A stretch of DNA of 64,000 nucleotides from Parasitella parasitica NRRL 2501 (lineage: Eukaryota > Fungi > Mucoromycota). Below the pieces are notes generated by a model. That model saw only the letters and a program-made list of their open reading frames with translations, searched no databases and was not told where the DNA came from. Made by a program: the position numbers and the translations under genes. The stretch's first letter is position 1; each line of letters begins with the position of its first letter. The stretch spans positions 79,283-143,282 of the forward strand of contig MU619294.1 of assembly GCA_025201805.1 (NCBI GenBank). The letters run 5' to 3'. Below, piece after piece: positions 10,903-26,808 of this stretch.

Positions 10903-11970
10903 ATGCCAATTTTATCCGTCTCTACGCCATCTTCTAGCTCCAACACAGAAACCATACCGATTATTATAGAAAAACCCTCAACAGCAATCTGTGGCTGCAG
11001 CACTACTGAAACTTGCTGCAAACATACAACCGAGCCAGCTGTAAAATTAGACAAAGATGATAGTTTGTTGTCCAGCAAAATGCCTTCCAGCCGAAAAAAG
11101 AGAAACACATCGTTAGTCTCTCGCGATGAAGATGACTATTGGGTAGACATCTCCAATAAGCGACTGAGAAACACTCGTTTGGGTGCGTTGTATGCTGGCT
11201 CTCGCTTCAAAGGTGTGCAAAAATGTGGTGTTAGCAAATACAATGTCACGGTGGATATTCAGGTAATGCTTTTTTTTGTATCCTTTCCCTTCCTTTTTCT
11301 TACATTTTGTGGCCGGTAGCATGTTGATTTAAAAGAGAGTAAGATCAGTGGATATTTGAATATCGAAGGGCTCACCAATGAGTGCCCAGAATTAACAGTG
11401 AGTGGCCTATTCGTTGTTGATCACACTGAAAACTGATTTGTTCTGTCTAGACATTCTTTGAAGGCGAGATTATTGGACCTCAGTATCCCTTTTTGACTAG
11501 GAAATGGCAAGCACAGCAGTATATTGATGCGTTGCATTGGGTAAGGGGAACCTTTTCGTTAGGCTTTTTCAGAGTTGATGTTCATATCTTTGCAATTTCA
11601 TAGGGTAAATTCCCTTCTTTCGAGCCATATTTACAGACCTTTAACGACGACGATTTCACATACGACCCATTTGACAACGACTTCATTTACATGCGCTGGA
11701 AAGAACACTTTCTGGTCCCTGATCATTGTGTGAGCAACATTGAAGGTGCTAGTTTTGCAGGCTTTTATTACATTTGTTACCAACGTTCCACGAATGAAAT
11801 TAAAGGTTTTTACTTTTATCACAACAACCCTGAATGGTAAGCACTAATACAATCATGGCCGAAANNNNNNNNNNAAAAAAAAACAAAGCTGATGCGTTAT
11901 GTACAGGTTTCAGCAATTAGTGCTGGAGCACGTTGAGGAACACAGCTTTAGTAATTTTGAATTTCGTTAA
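10903..11970 (+). CDS. GID4: GID4/Vid24 Pro/N-degron recognin of the GID/CTLH E3 ligase (5 exons)
   Basis: Spliced product contains [63 protein letters not shown] and C-terminal FEFR*. GT-AG introns at 11263-11319, 11398-11450, 11541-11603, plus one spanning the N gap. Confidence 0.95.
11865..11874. other. Assembly gap (10 N) inside the last GID4 intron
   Basis: Run of n flanked by A-tracts. Confidence 0.99.
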
Positions 11971-12835
11971 ATACTTATGAAGCAGCTTACTGACAAAACG
12001 ATACCTTGTACTGTATATACTCTTATAAAAATAATATTTCTTTCTTTTTGATCACTTTCCTTCTCTTTACCGGCGCCATATTCAACCTAACAAACCCTGC
12101 CTCTACACTCTCACTATATCACTATATTCAACCTATTTAAAACATGGAGGCTTTGAAATCACAAATATCTATGAAATTGCGAATATAACCCCAAAGGATT
12201 CTCAGAATATCTATAAACAGGACCAAGCAATCTCTTTGCTATTTGTCTTGATCGAATAAATGAGTCATCATAAAAAGCTTTTGCATCCAGACTAAATCGA
12301 AAAAGAACCTTCAAATGCCTACAAACACAAAACGGTATAGTTATCGTGTTGAGGGAAATTTCTATTTACCCGAGCTATATCCGCATTTCCTCGATGCGTT
12401 TACTTTTATACTCATGTCTCCAATAGTTTGGACATTGATAAACCGCCGCCAATCCTCTAGCATGTTAAAAAGGACACGTATTTACTATTGCGAGTGTAAT
12501 GTTTGTAATGATCATCTAGATATCATTATGATCAACATTTTGCATATTTTATGACAATCTAGTAAGATAAGCGCCAAGTTAGCAGGTGTGTGCCGTGATT
12601 TTTTCGACGGATAACCATGTCCATGTAGGATAATCCTGGGGCCCAAAGTTAATTCTCGCTATAAAGCAGACCGTCTTGAGCATACTCAAACTATGAAACA
12701 AACCTAGAGCATGCAGGACACTCACCCCCCTTGATAGGCGTTGTTTCCTTGCCTGTACAATATAATGCAAATAAATAAAGGCCAAGGCTTTTTTATCCCA
12801 TACTCCTTTTCTGATTTAAAAATTTTGCCTTGCAA

Positions 12836-15192
<2,357 letters not shown>

Positions 15193-15298
15193 AGCCCCGT
15201 CTACGTGACATCATTCAAGACCAGTTTATGTTGCCACTCGCGAGTTTAACAATAATAAAAAGAAAAGCGTTTTATTCCACTCAACAAAGCTTTTAATA

Positions 15299-18202
15299 AT
15301 GAGTGAAAAGGAAGATTCTAACAAAGACCAGAAGGATCTGAATTTTTCTTTTCAAGATATACTGGGAGACGAGCAAGGGAACTCGAGCAATTCATCGTTT
15401 CAATCCATTGTCCAAACCTTTAGAAACGAAAACAACCAATCAGCCTCTTACAAGAACCTTCCAGCAGAACTCCAGCATTTGTTTGATTTACCAGAACCTT
15501 CATACGCGTCTCCAACTATTCAGCCTTGGAGCCAAAATGCCACGCATGATGGGTCGGCACAGAGCAACACCAGCACCCCAAATGCACCTTTGAGTGCGCC
15601 TGTCCAAGAGTCAGCATCTTCCCCCTTGAACAGTGAAAACAGCAGCAGCGCCGCTCCCACCTTCAGAGACGTTGTTGTTAAAATCTCACCTCAGTCCTCG
15701 CCTCAAATGTCTGTGCATTCTTCACCAGCAACGCAATCCACGCCCCAACCAGCAAGCCTACAAACTACTCCTCAAGCCACTCCAACACAAGTGAGTACGC
15801 CACTAGCAGCTAATGCTTCTTCTCAAGTGATGGACACACAATCACCCTCAAGCCGCATACAGCCATCTTCACAACAGACGTCTCAATCACCTGCTACCAA
15901 TCAGCCGTCCCCCACTCAATTAAAAGCATCTCCATCCCCTCAAACCAACATAGCTTCATCACAACCAGCATCAGGAACAGCTACTCCAGTTGCTATGGAA
16001 TCGCCGCAACAAGCATTAGCACAGAAACCACAAAGCTCCCCAGGAAACGTCAGATCTTCACCTGGGGCACAACAATCTCCAAAAGCTATTGCTCCTCAAC
16101 AGCCATTGCAACCTCAGCCTCCAACTACTACAAGCTCCACGACCACTGCGCAGCCCCCCTCTGGAGGTATAACACCCTATATATATATATTTATCTTTGA
16201 TATATATCATTATACTAACCTTTTACCTGCAGCAACATCAATGACATTATTAGACAATCTGACATCTCAATTATCACCAGACCGTAAAGAACGATTTATC
16301 GAACTATTTAGACAATTACAGGGAAATGCCGTTACAGCAAATGAATTTCTAGCGCAAGCAAGGATGCTACTAGACGAACAGCAATACCAACAGTTAGAAA
16401 ACCTCAAAAGCAAACCTTCTGCTGCTCGTAATTCAGCCATTAGACAGCCAACTCAACCACAAACAATGAGTAGTTCTCAAATACGGGCAGAAGACACACA
16501 AAGAGCCATGTCAGGGTTGATGTAAGGGTTGATTTATTTTGAGCATGTAGACGTTAATGCTATTCTGTACTAGTGGGCCACAGGCAAAAAGGGCAAGAAC
16601 ATCAGATATACCCGTCAATACATCACAGCCGTTACCAATGTATAGAGCAAACACTGCTCCTGCATCTCAATTGCAGCAGCAGCAATTAATGCAGCACCAG
16701 CAACTGCATTTACAGCAGCAACAGCAACAGCAACAGCAACAAATGATGCAACATCAGCAAAACCAAATGAAGCAGCATTTGATTCAACAGCACCAGCAAC
16801 AACAGCTAATGCAACAACAGACTCAACAACAGCCGCAATCATCATCTCAACCACAAACTCCCGCACAACCACAGACCTTTCAAAACAGCCAGTCAGGCCC
16901 ATCTGATCAATCCAATGCAACTGCTACTCCCATAAAGGTAGGTTTTGGCAACTATAACAAACGGCGAGATATTCATCTAGAGCGCATTCTTTTCTGTTTT
17001 CCCAATTTTTAGGTGGAACACGCCGAGCAAACGTCGGGCGCGCCCCAAGATTTTATGAATTTACACATGCTCCAAGAGACCATCAGTAAATTTAGTGAGT
17101 AACATTTTATCAGCGAAAGAAATACGTGTGTGTGTGTAAATATATATATATTAAATGCCTCATAGCTACCGCCACCAACCTTCAGCTGGAGAACGATGTA
17201 GTCGCATTGATCGCCCTCGCTACCGAAAAGCGGATCCGACTTCTTGTACAACATATGATCTTTGCTTCCAAACATCGAGTCGATTCGCAAACATTCACTC
17301 AACCTCCTGTAGACGAAACAGGTCATCTTCCGTTTAAAATTGTAGACATTCAGGATATAAAAAAGCAACTACTTGCTGTGGAGCGTGTTGAAAGAGAAGA
17401 AGAGAGGAAGCGCAAAGAGATTCTGTTGGAACGGGAGAGAAAAGCCCAAATGGGAGAGGAGGGAGGAGAGGCTGGTGACGATGATAGACCCTCCAAAAAG
17501 AAAAAGAAGAAGGAAATGGGACCTGGCGTTACTGCAAGATACATGAGCGACGATGTGCGCAACAAAACCACAAATGAAACAGCCTTGATGATTGCTGGTG
17601 GTGTGATGAAAAGTTGGATGTTGACAGGACTGAACAATTCCGGCTCTTCAAAAGATAAATCTTCGGCATCAACAGCATTGCCCATCTCGAGACAAAACAG
17701 CAATGCAGCGTTAGGGGGAGCAACCACTGCAGCAATGCAAAACGAGGCCACAGACTCACCTGTGGCCATATCACCTCATATTACTGCCAATTTGACTTCG
17801 CCTACTTCAAATGCCCTTCTATCCACATCGCCAACAAGTGCCCTTTTTAATGAATCAACAGCACAAATGCAGCCTACAACACCAAACGCTGCTACACCAA
17901 ACGCTGCTGCTGATGATGACCAACCTAGGGGACGAGGTAGACCAAGAAGACGAAAATCTGGAAGTGGGCCTGACATCATGACTGGAAAGAAATCAAAAGG
18001 GTTTACTAGATCAAACACATCAACAGAGGGAGGTTTATTTTTACCGCCTTCTACAATTGGTCGTCCCCATCGATTAGGAGAACAAGGTGCGCGTAAAATT
18101 ACAATGAGAGATGCCTTGTTCGTACTGGAGGACGAATATGAAAATAACGTGAATAGTGCTCGTCGCACGCTGTTAAAAGCATATTCTAATTGTTTAAAAT
18201 AA
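15299..18202 (+). CDS. TAF4: TFIID subunit TAF4 homolog (S/Q/P-rich N-terminus, RST-like hub, histone fold, conserved C-terminal domain)
   Basis: Histone-fold segment NDVVALIALATEKRIRLLVQHMIFASKHR, RNKTTNETALMIAGG and RKITMRDALFVLE. Exons correspond to ORFs 15299-, 16557- and 17126-. Confidence 0.88.
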
Positions 18203-18733
18203 ACATTTTGAAAAGTCATGTAAGGTGTACTTTCGTTACAGTGTTACGACTTTACGACTACATGCCCTCGTTGAATCATACTCGATACCTACCCTGCAAA
18301 GCACAACAATACACAGCTTACAAATGATATGATATGATCTCTTTTTAATCAACCCTAATCTCAGTTGATAAAATTTATAGCGGCCTGATCTAGAAATGTG
18401 ACATAGCATGTATTGAGAACGAGAGGCACATTGTAAATGATTTGCAGTGATACTTTGAATGAAAAGTATCAAGTAAAAAAAAGAGAAAAGTCATTTTAAC
18501 TCTAAAAAAAATGAATTGAATAGCGATTCATTGAAAATCAGGGGATTGTATCCGTTGAGTCAGCAACAACTGACGGCATACGATAGATTAAGGACACTTT
18601 CAACATGCAAAGTCTCACGAAACGTACAAGTAAAGTATCAATTTTTTTTTTATAATTTCAAGATAATCTTCTTCTATAAAATGAGTGTTGTCGTATTACC
18701 ACATATACATAACGACAGATATACTAAATGCAT

Positions 18734-19834
18734 CTAACGTAATCTACCAAATACAGCTCTTGCCAACTGAGCAAGGCTCTTTTGATCATCATTCACCATA
18801 GTTTGATCTGCTTCTTTGTTTGGTGCCAAATTCATCATCATATTATTGTTGTTCATCATGTTTGTATTGTTGCTCATCATGTTTGTATTGTTACTCATCA
18901 TGTTTGTGTTGTTACTCATCATATTTGTGTTGTTACTCATCATATTAATATTGTTGTTTATGTTTTTGGCTATTTCATATGCAATTGCTTCCAACTCACG
19001 CATACGAACTTGAGTGTATCTCCAAAAACACATGGCAAAATGTATCTATAGGTTTGAACAAGTTCATTAGAATACTCATCTTACGTACGCTCCCTAAATA
19101 CACTTACGTAAACTATGAGGAAAATGAAAAATAGCACAACAGCTAATTTGGCCTCATCTTCCCACAAACGGGTACAGTTATACAGGCTTGCTCCATTTCT
19201 TCTTGATGAGAAATAAATTTGTGAATCAGGCAAGAGTGTGCTGTTGTTTGGAGATGTTGAAAAGATGTAGTTGCTGGTGTCTCGCCTTGATTTATTTATA
19301 CACCATTGGTCAAATTGTGGCTTCTGAATAAAGAATAGGATCATGTTGGCAAAGTAGCAGGTCAAAAAGAGAATAACTGAGGTCCATATCAAGCGATGGG
19401 ATCTTTTCAGCTGCCGAGGGAAGTTCTGTTTGCGATAATTAGGTTGACAGTAATCAATGCCGCCTGTTACTAACTTACTTTGTAAAAGCCATGTAAAGAA
19501 AATACAGCCGATACAACAAACAAGAAACATACCACGCCCTGAGCGATTAAAGCGTTACTGTCAAGATATGAATAGATGACTACAAAAAAATATTAGACCC
19601 CCAATTGTGCTTCAACTAACGCAAACTTACAGCTCATTTTCAGGAACGATATAACGCAGATATATCCATTCAGCAGCTAAAGCATACGAGTCTTAATAAG
19701 TTGTGCAATGATGTCAACATTCTATCACTTACAATCCAAAGAACACTGGCAAAAGGCCCAGCATACCGCATTTCGAACATTAAGCATATTTTATATCTTT
19801 TAGGGGTGGTATTTGTTGGGTATACTTCTTGCAT
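18734..19834 (-). CDS. Uncharacterised ~4-TM membrane protein with Asn/Met-rich C-terminal repeat
   Basis: Spliced start MQEVYPTNTTPKRYKICLMFEMRYAGPFASVLWI, several hydrophobic helices, a Cys-containing loop (WCIN...YNCTRLW) and a last exon at 18734-19030. Confidence 0.7.
18845..18945 (-). repeat. 21-bp coding tandem repeat (NNTNMMS) x4-5
   Basis: catcatgtttgtattgttgct-like units seen directly. Confidence 0.9.
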
Positions 19835-20215
19835 TCTTCGTAATGTAAATTGAAAAGAAACGTATAGTGGTTAGAAAAAAAGAAAGATGTAGTTATACAC
19901 TGGTGTGTGATCAAGTAATTACCTGATTTGGCTTTTTCAAATAACAATCGACTATCGGGTGCTGCAGGACTGCATTAAAACTTATATGAGATTCGCTCCA
20001 TTTCATTGTTTTTACATGAACAGACTTTTTTTTTTTTTTTTTCTGATGATATATAGCAAAAGTATTATTCTATGATGATAGAAATACACAAGATATAGTT
20101 TATTGTTAAGTTACGGAAATGGCGTTGGATGTTTACATGTGTAAGCAAAATGTAGTGAAATGTCAAAATAAGTAAAAAAAAAAAGAAAAAAAAAAAAACT
20201 AAAAGAACACAAAAT

Positions 20216-22074
20216 TTAGTGATGATCTCTGCGTAGTGCTTCTTTCTCGTTCTCTTCAATGGCTGCATATTCGACAGAGTGATTTAAGCGAATTTCACTG
20301 CTATTCGACGAGGATACGTCAAAGGGATTCACTTGGGGCTTGTCATTGTAGCCATGTGTTTCCATGGCCTGGTCAAACATATTTATATGGTGAGAAGGGA
20401 CATGCGTAACAGACGTATCCTTCTCTCCTTGTTCAAATGGATTCTCTGAATGATTTATATTGCAGTTTCGACTTGAAATAGGAGGAGACGGTGGTGGAGA
20501 AGAGGCTGGCAAGATGGGTGGAGGTATAATACTGCCAGGAGCACGAACTGCATTTTCTACATGATGAATTTCGGTAGGCGTAAATGTAGTAGAAGGACCA
20601 GAGGAGGCACTCATATCGACTGTAACTGTGGGATTCGAATTCTCCTGATTTGATTGTTGTTGTTGTTGTTGTTGTTGTTGTTCCTGTTCCTGTCGCTGTT
20701 GGTTTCTTTCACGACGAAGATCAGTTGGTAAACAATCCCATTTACAGATAGGGCACATTGTTGATTTCTGCGTAAGCCAAGGATCTGATGTAGTACAAAT
20801 ATAGTGTCAATTCCAGCCTTTCGAGCAGAACACTTGATCTGTATTCATAAACATTACCTATGCATAACACACAAAAGCCATGCCCACAAGGAAGGATTCT
20901 AATGTCATTCTTTCCAGCGACAAAATCCTCGAGACAAATAGCGCAATTAACGTTCTTGATTAAATCAGGAGAGTACTTTTCGATCGGTAGCGCATTGACA
21001 ATGTCGACTGGAAGCGGATCTAAATGGGTTGTTCTCGGCTGCATAGGATGGCCATTACCGGCTTGAAATCCTGTGAATCCATTAGGATAATCTGCTCTCA
21101 TTCGGCGAATCCTCCACCATCTCAAGAATATGACACCTATTATGCGTTTTAGTAAAGATAAGCCTTGCATACAGATCGGAAAATAGTTTTACCAATTAAA
21201 AATATAGCAGCTAAAGCAATGATGTATGATAAATAGCCTTTGCCAGTCGAGAAAAAACTATCCTCGCCGGCATAGCCCCAACTCACTTCTTCCAGATAAG
21301 GCGTGATTAGCCAAAATGTTCTCATGTTAGGAAGACTAGCATTGTACGATTGGCTAATTCTATCGACAAAAGTGGCTCCATACGCATTCGGTACAAAATA
21401 AACCACCGTAGTAGACGGACTAGCCATGCCTAAATCATTGTCAGTCATATTCAATACAGACCTATAAGCGGGCAGTGGTGTCGAGTAATCGGGAGGGCCT
21501 ATGCTTCCAGAGCCAACAACCGGCTTTCTGGCAACGGTAATGTTATTGTCATGGTGGGTATCGTTATCATAAATAAACATTGCAGTAATGTTTATATTGT
21601 GCACTAATGCCAAATTGTTGACGACTGACATCTTCTCGCTCCAATTGCAGTTTCCTCGTTTCACCAAGGCAATCTTTTGTGCGTATTGGATAGTTGCTGC
21701 ACTAATGCTGTTGTTGTTGAGTTGTTGGATTGCGTCAATGGTTGCATTGGAAGACTTGCAGCACTCTCCAAAATTGAAAATTATTCTCTATGTATTCATA
21801 AATATAAAAATAAAAAAACAGCCATCAATTCGCTTGCACAGGCTGACACATTATGAATATTTACATCTGGTGCATTCCTTGGGTTTGCATCTACATGAAT
21901 TCCTTGGAAATCCTGTGAAGTTGCCATGTTTGAGGTAGATTGGATAAGAGCTCCTTCACTTTTTGCTTGCGAAATGTCGATTGTGAAACTGCGTTCCCAG
22001 AATATTGGATTCAATGCATCTGCATTTATCGAATTGACGCACAATGTGAGTAGCAATAATATGGTGTACCTCAT
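20216..22074 (-). CDS. PA-domain/TM/RING E3 ubiquitin ligase (RNF13/GRAIL/RMR-like)
   Basis: Signal peptide MRYTILLLLTLCVNSINA; PA motif [77 protein letters not shown]. Confidence 0.9.
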
Positions 22075-23071
22075 TCAAAATATATGAAAAAGAACAAGAG
22101 AAAGGAAGAAGGGAAATGGGCCTCATTGAACTGAAATAAGACAATAAGTTTGAGGTAATTGGAGTTCCGGTACAAGGCAATCCCGCAGAAAAATGTGTCT
22201 CAGGTTCGCCAAATGACGAAACATTATACTGATTTAGATGTTACAATGAAAAAGACGAGTGCGCAGCCAACCCATCACTGTTCAGCGCATATACCAAATA
22301 CAACTGATTAATTGCTGGATCTATGTCTATCATTAGCCTTATACGCTGACATGTTTCTATATACATGGCTTTTCAGATGAAGCTAACATAATGACCGAGG
22401 TCGATTTAACAATGACACCTATTGTTTTATTTTGGAGTGCATAAGGTAGCACGTCCCAAATCAGAAAAGCAGGCTTGTGCTTGTACGCTCAGCTATTACG
22501 GGAAGTGTAATAACTCTTTACTAAGCTTATACTTGCCATGATCTTGTGCATTTGTAGGGATGCAAAGTGAAGTAATAGGGACGAGATGCTGCTGTTTGAC
22601 AAATAAGCAACAGAGCGTATGTAATTTTATCCGTTGTAAGCGTTCTGTAGTATGAACATGATATTTCTTTCATGAGTCAAATTACAGGGCTTGCCAATTT
22701 ATATAGCACAGGTATTTATCACCTTTGCCAAACATGAAGCTGGACAGTTCCACAGACAACATGGAACAAATTGATATATCTATTATTACTTTCCCTTCCT
22801 CCCGATCACCCTCAAATTAAATTCAAAAACGTAAAATGTCTGTCCTGAAATAAAGGAAAAAAAGCCATATCTCTTATTCATCGCTTCGGGAATGCAACTG
22901 CCATTACCATTGCTATCGCCATTCAACTATTACGTTCATCTTTAGGGCTATCGATATACCTTTAAAACCAAACACCCTTTCTAGCCAACATGTAAAACCT
23001 CTTTTCAAAAATCTCGATTTATGAAGGGGGGTGGGGGTTAATGGAAAATATTCAGATGTCAACAAAACTCA

Positions 23072-24383
23072 TCAGCTGTTTTTTCGAATCATATCTGTGG
23101 GTAAGAACCTCGTTACTACGTAATCCACTTGCTATAAACAATTATACTATACCAAAGTATGGATGATTCATTGCTTCTTTTGCCGTACATCGTTCTTGGT
23201 GGTCGTATAAAAGTAAATGGTCCAAAAAATCCAGTGCCTCGTTGGAAATATATTTTCGGTTTTCGCTAGTGATGAATTTTTGCCATGGCGTTTTGGTGTA
23301 TCTGCCCAAAATATCGTGATATTGCTTATCCAACTTGATGCCGTACTTGTCCAGATAAGCGAATAAATCATCTGTTCCCAATACTTTTGCAATTTTAACG
23401 AGCTGGTCGTAGTTATCGTGGCCATGAAAGAAAGGTTCTTTTCTAAATATCATGCTTGCTAGCATACATCCATAACTCCACAAATCTAGACTATAGTCAT
23501 ATTCTTGAAAATCAACCAGTAATTCAGGTCCTTTAAAATATCTTGAAGCAACTCGCACATTATACTCTGTTCCTGGATGGTAAAATTCTGCCAATCCCCA
23601 GTCAATTAATCGTAACTACAGTGCACTATGAATGAGTTGTTTGAATTGGCAATATACAATTATACAGTAAATCACCTGTTTCTTTTCATGATCTATCATC
23701 ACATTGTGTGGCTTAACATCCCTGTGCATTATGCCTTTTGAATGGCAAAAATCCAAAGCCTACTTTTCTCAGGACATGTGAATGGATTGATTTTTTATTC
23801 AAGTACTGATAAATCTTACCTTTAACAGTTCAAACATGTAGTATCGAACGTCATAGTCTGTAAACCTTGGATAAAGTATCTTGAAGTCGGTATTGTTAAC
23901 GTACTCAAATACCAGTGCTGGTGTTTTAGACTATGAGAGATTTGGCCATCAAATATCCATTCACATCAACGTAAGAAAAAAAAAAGAAAAATCTACCTGT
24001 GGATCTCTAACAATGTCCAACAACTCAATGACATTGACTCCTCCCGCCAAATTTTGCAAGATCTTTATTTCACGTTTGATCTTCTTCTTTTTTACAGGCT
24101 TCAAAACTTTGATGACCACCTTCTCGTCTGTTTTTACATTTATCCCTTCAAACACTTCGGAATATTTCCCGCGCCCCACTTTACGAACAATTTCGTAGTT
24201 ATCTTGCTCTCTATTACATTCATTTAGCTATTCATAATAATACTTTTATTTTTTTTTATCAAATTTTCATTACCCCCATTGCACTTGAAGAGCATCGTAA
24301 TCCCAGTAGCTGCTTGGTTGATTTGTATTTGCATCTGCGTAGCATTTAGCTATGCTTTGGTACGCTATATCGGTTGCACCCAT
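23072..24383 (-). CDS. CKA1: Casein kinase II catalytic (alpha) subunit
   Basis: [80 protein letters not shown] final intron 23152-23095 gives HPYFDMIRKNS*. Confidence 0.97.
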
Positions 24384-25985
24384 CTTGCCGCTAGACCCTA
24401 GCAAACAAATAAATGAAAAAGAAAAAGAACGAAAAGAAAAGAAAAGCTTTCTTTGTTGAGGATGGTAAACTGCCCACCACAGAAATTTCCCATAAAAGGT
24501 TACTTGTCTTCAATGAGCGCACCAGCCTACATGCTATCAATTCTTTTACACATTTTTCAGTCGATGATTAGCTGATATGGACAATTAAGAAGACGATGCG
24601 ATTTGTCATCTAAATGTGGACATTTAGAATCATGGAAAAGTTGGAACCACAAAAAAATATTAATCGAAATCATCCTATTTCTACCATTGAAAGTCTTATC
24701 TAGTTGAACATCTATTTTAAATGTATGTTATCATACATGTACGTAAATATTCTACAAGTGTATTTGTGTTTACAGTTTATTTTGATCTGGTATCTTTAGA
24801 GGTACTGATGGCAAACACAGCAAGAACGGTTTCGTTTTTAGGATATTACATTATCACCATCACATCAAATTTTAGCTCATAATGCTTGTTAGATCCTTCA
24901 GTTTCGAGCTTACCGACAGGGGTATTCCTAAGAGCAAGTTTGGACAAAGCTAGTTAACAACATCATGGGGTGTTCCGTTATCTTGATTATAATCGAGTGA
25001 AATGATAAAGGCCTCAAAAAACTTGTTTGCATTGAAAGGTGAGGGCAGCAGCAGATCAAACACAAATATAGTGTTATGATCGATCATTTGATATTTGCAA
25101 AAGTCATGTATAATCACGACTCTTTACAATGTACAGTACAATCGCAGCGCGACGATATTTTGACATTGCCCCTCAATTGGGCACATTAGAGACTTGAATA
25201 AATTGATTATTGAGTATCTCAGTTGGGATTGTTTTCCTAAAGGAAAGACATGAGCTTGTCCTGCTTTCAATAAATAAATGTCTCAAATCTGTGGAGCAGG
25301 TGATCATGTATATAAATATCTTTTCCGTATACTTTTTATTTAGTCATTGTGCCCATGCTAAGCATTTTAAATGCTGCGGTATTTTATGAGGACATATTTG
25401 TTCATCCTTTATTTAACGTTATAAAAGACGCACAAATGCATAATTTCCATCAGCTCGGAGCTTTAGCCCAAAAAAGAAGGCGAAGTAAGGCCACTAACTG
25501 GAGATCTTGAATGCCAGAGGGGGGGGTAGTACAATTGCAGAATAAAATGAAAAAATTTTCGTTCTTCGTTTCGTTGTTCTTTCTTTTGTGTTTATACCAT
25601 TTTTATTATCAGTTTCAACTATACTTTGGAATTAGGTACAATTCATCTTCAGTAAACTAAAGGCATTTCGTTAAAAGAGAAAACCATCAAGCGTTTTTCT
25701 TTTGTCAAAGCAACTATAAAAAAATAAAAGGATTCTTTTATTTTTTCAACTTATCCAACTTATGCAACACAGCTCTTTACACTTCACTCCACAGACTCCT
25801 AACGTACTTTGCGGCGGTTGTGCATTCTCTTTCGCCATTGCTCAATATCCACAAGACTCTGATCCTGGATAAACCCAACAATCTCATCTAATTTTCTCAT
25901 TTCAACAAACAAATCAAAAGCCTAAAAAACCAACTTACTTTGCTCGACTCCTTCCTTTTTTTCTGCTATTTTTATCACTATTACC

Positions 25986-26690
25986 ATGACTCCTCACCAA
26001 CGCACTAAATCTCCTCTTGGCCGCATGCTCTCTTTTATTGAGCTTCCTTCATCTTCTCTTCGATTTCTTATTCTCGACTGCCCCACTGAAAGTACTTTAC
26101 CATTTTATCTCGAAGAATTTGCAAGATACAAGGTGTCTCACGTTGTCCGATGCTGCCAACCCACCTACAGCACAACAAAACTTAATGATCAAGGTATCCA
26201 AGTCCATGACTTACCTTTTAAAGATGGTGGTATTGTAAGTAAATAACTCTTCGATATCCAACAAACTTGCTAACATTTACATGTCCATTAGCCACCACCC
26301 AATGTTATCAATGATTGGTTATCTCTCATTGATTCAGAGGAACAAAGTGGATTGGAAACTACAATTGCAGTTCATTGTGTTGCAGGCTTGGGCCGTGCAC
26401 CTGTTCTTGTAGCAATTGCTCTTATCGAGCTATTCGATATGCAACCTTTGGATGCAGTTGAATTCATTAGAAAAAATAGAAGAGGGGCTTTTAACAAGCC
26501 TCAGATCGCTTACCTTGATACCTACAAATCAACCTTACGCAGAAAAACCAAGAATGCTTCTCTCAAGACCTCCTTTGGTCGCATTTTCTTTCGTTTTGCT
26601 CTGTCCTCTTCACCTCCCTCTACTGCCGTATCACCCAAGAAGCAGCAAGCCGAAGAGGTTACTTCCATTCCACTTAGTAGCTGCGTTTGA
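25986..26690 (+). CDS. PTP4A: PRL/PTP4A-type protein tyrosine phosphatase (2 exons)
   Basis: LRFLILDCPT, VVRCCQPTY, LPFKDGG, P-loop IAVHCVAGLGRAPVLVAIALIE, AVEFIRKNRRGAFN. Intron ~26235-26291. Confidence 0.93.
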
Positions 26691-26808
26691 ATGCTCATAT
26701 ATTTTCGTCTGATGGATGAACCCCCTCTCCCTTTTCCTTCTTTTTTAAAATAAAAATTTCCTGAAAATAAAAAAAAATAAAAAAAAAAAAAAATAAAAGA
26801 AAAGAAAA

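Noticed and set aside
17350-18219. Antisense ORFs over TAF4 and similar shadow ORFs over other genes
   Set aside because: Shadow frames of real genes with no independent motifs.
23142-23152. CK2 ending at YFGIV* as in the ORF track
   Set aside because: A ~58-nt GT-AG intron gives the more family-like HPYFDMIRKNS*; an alternative 21-nt intron is too short.
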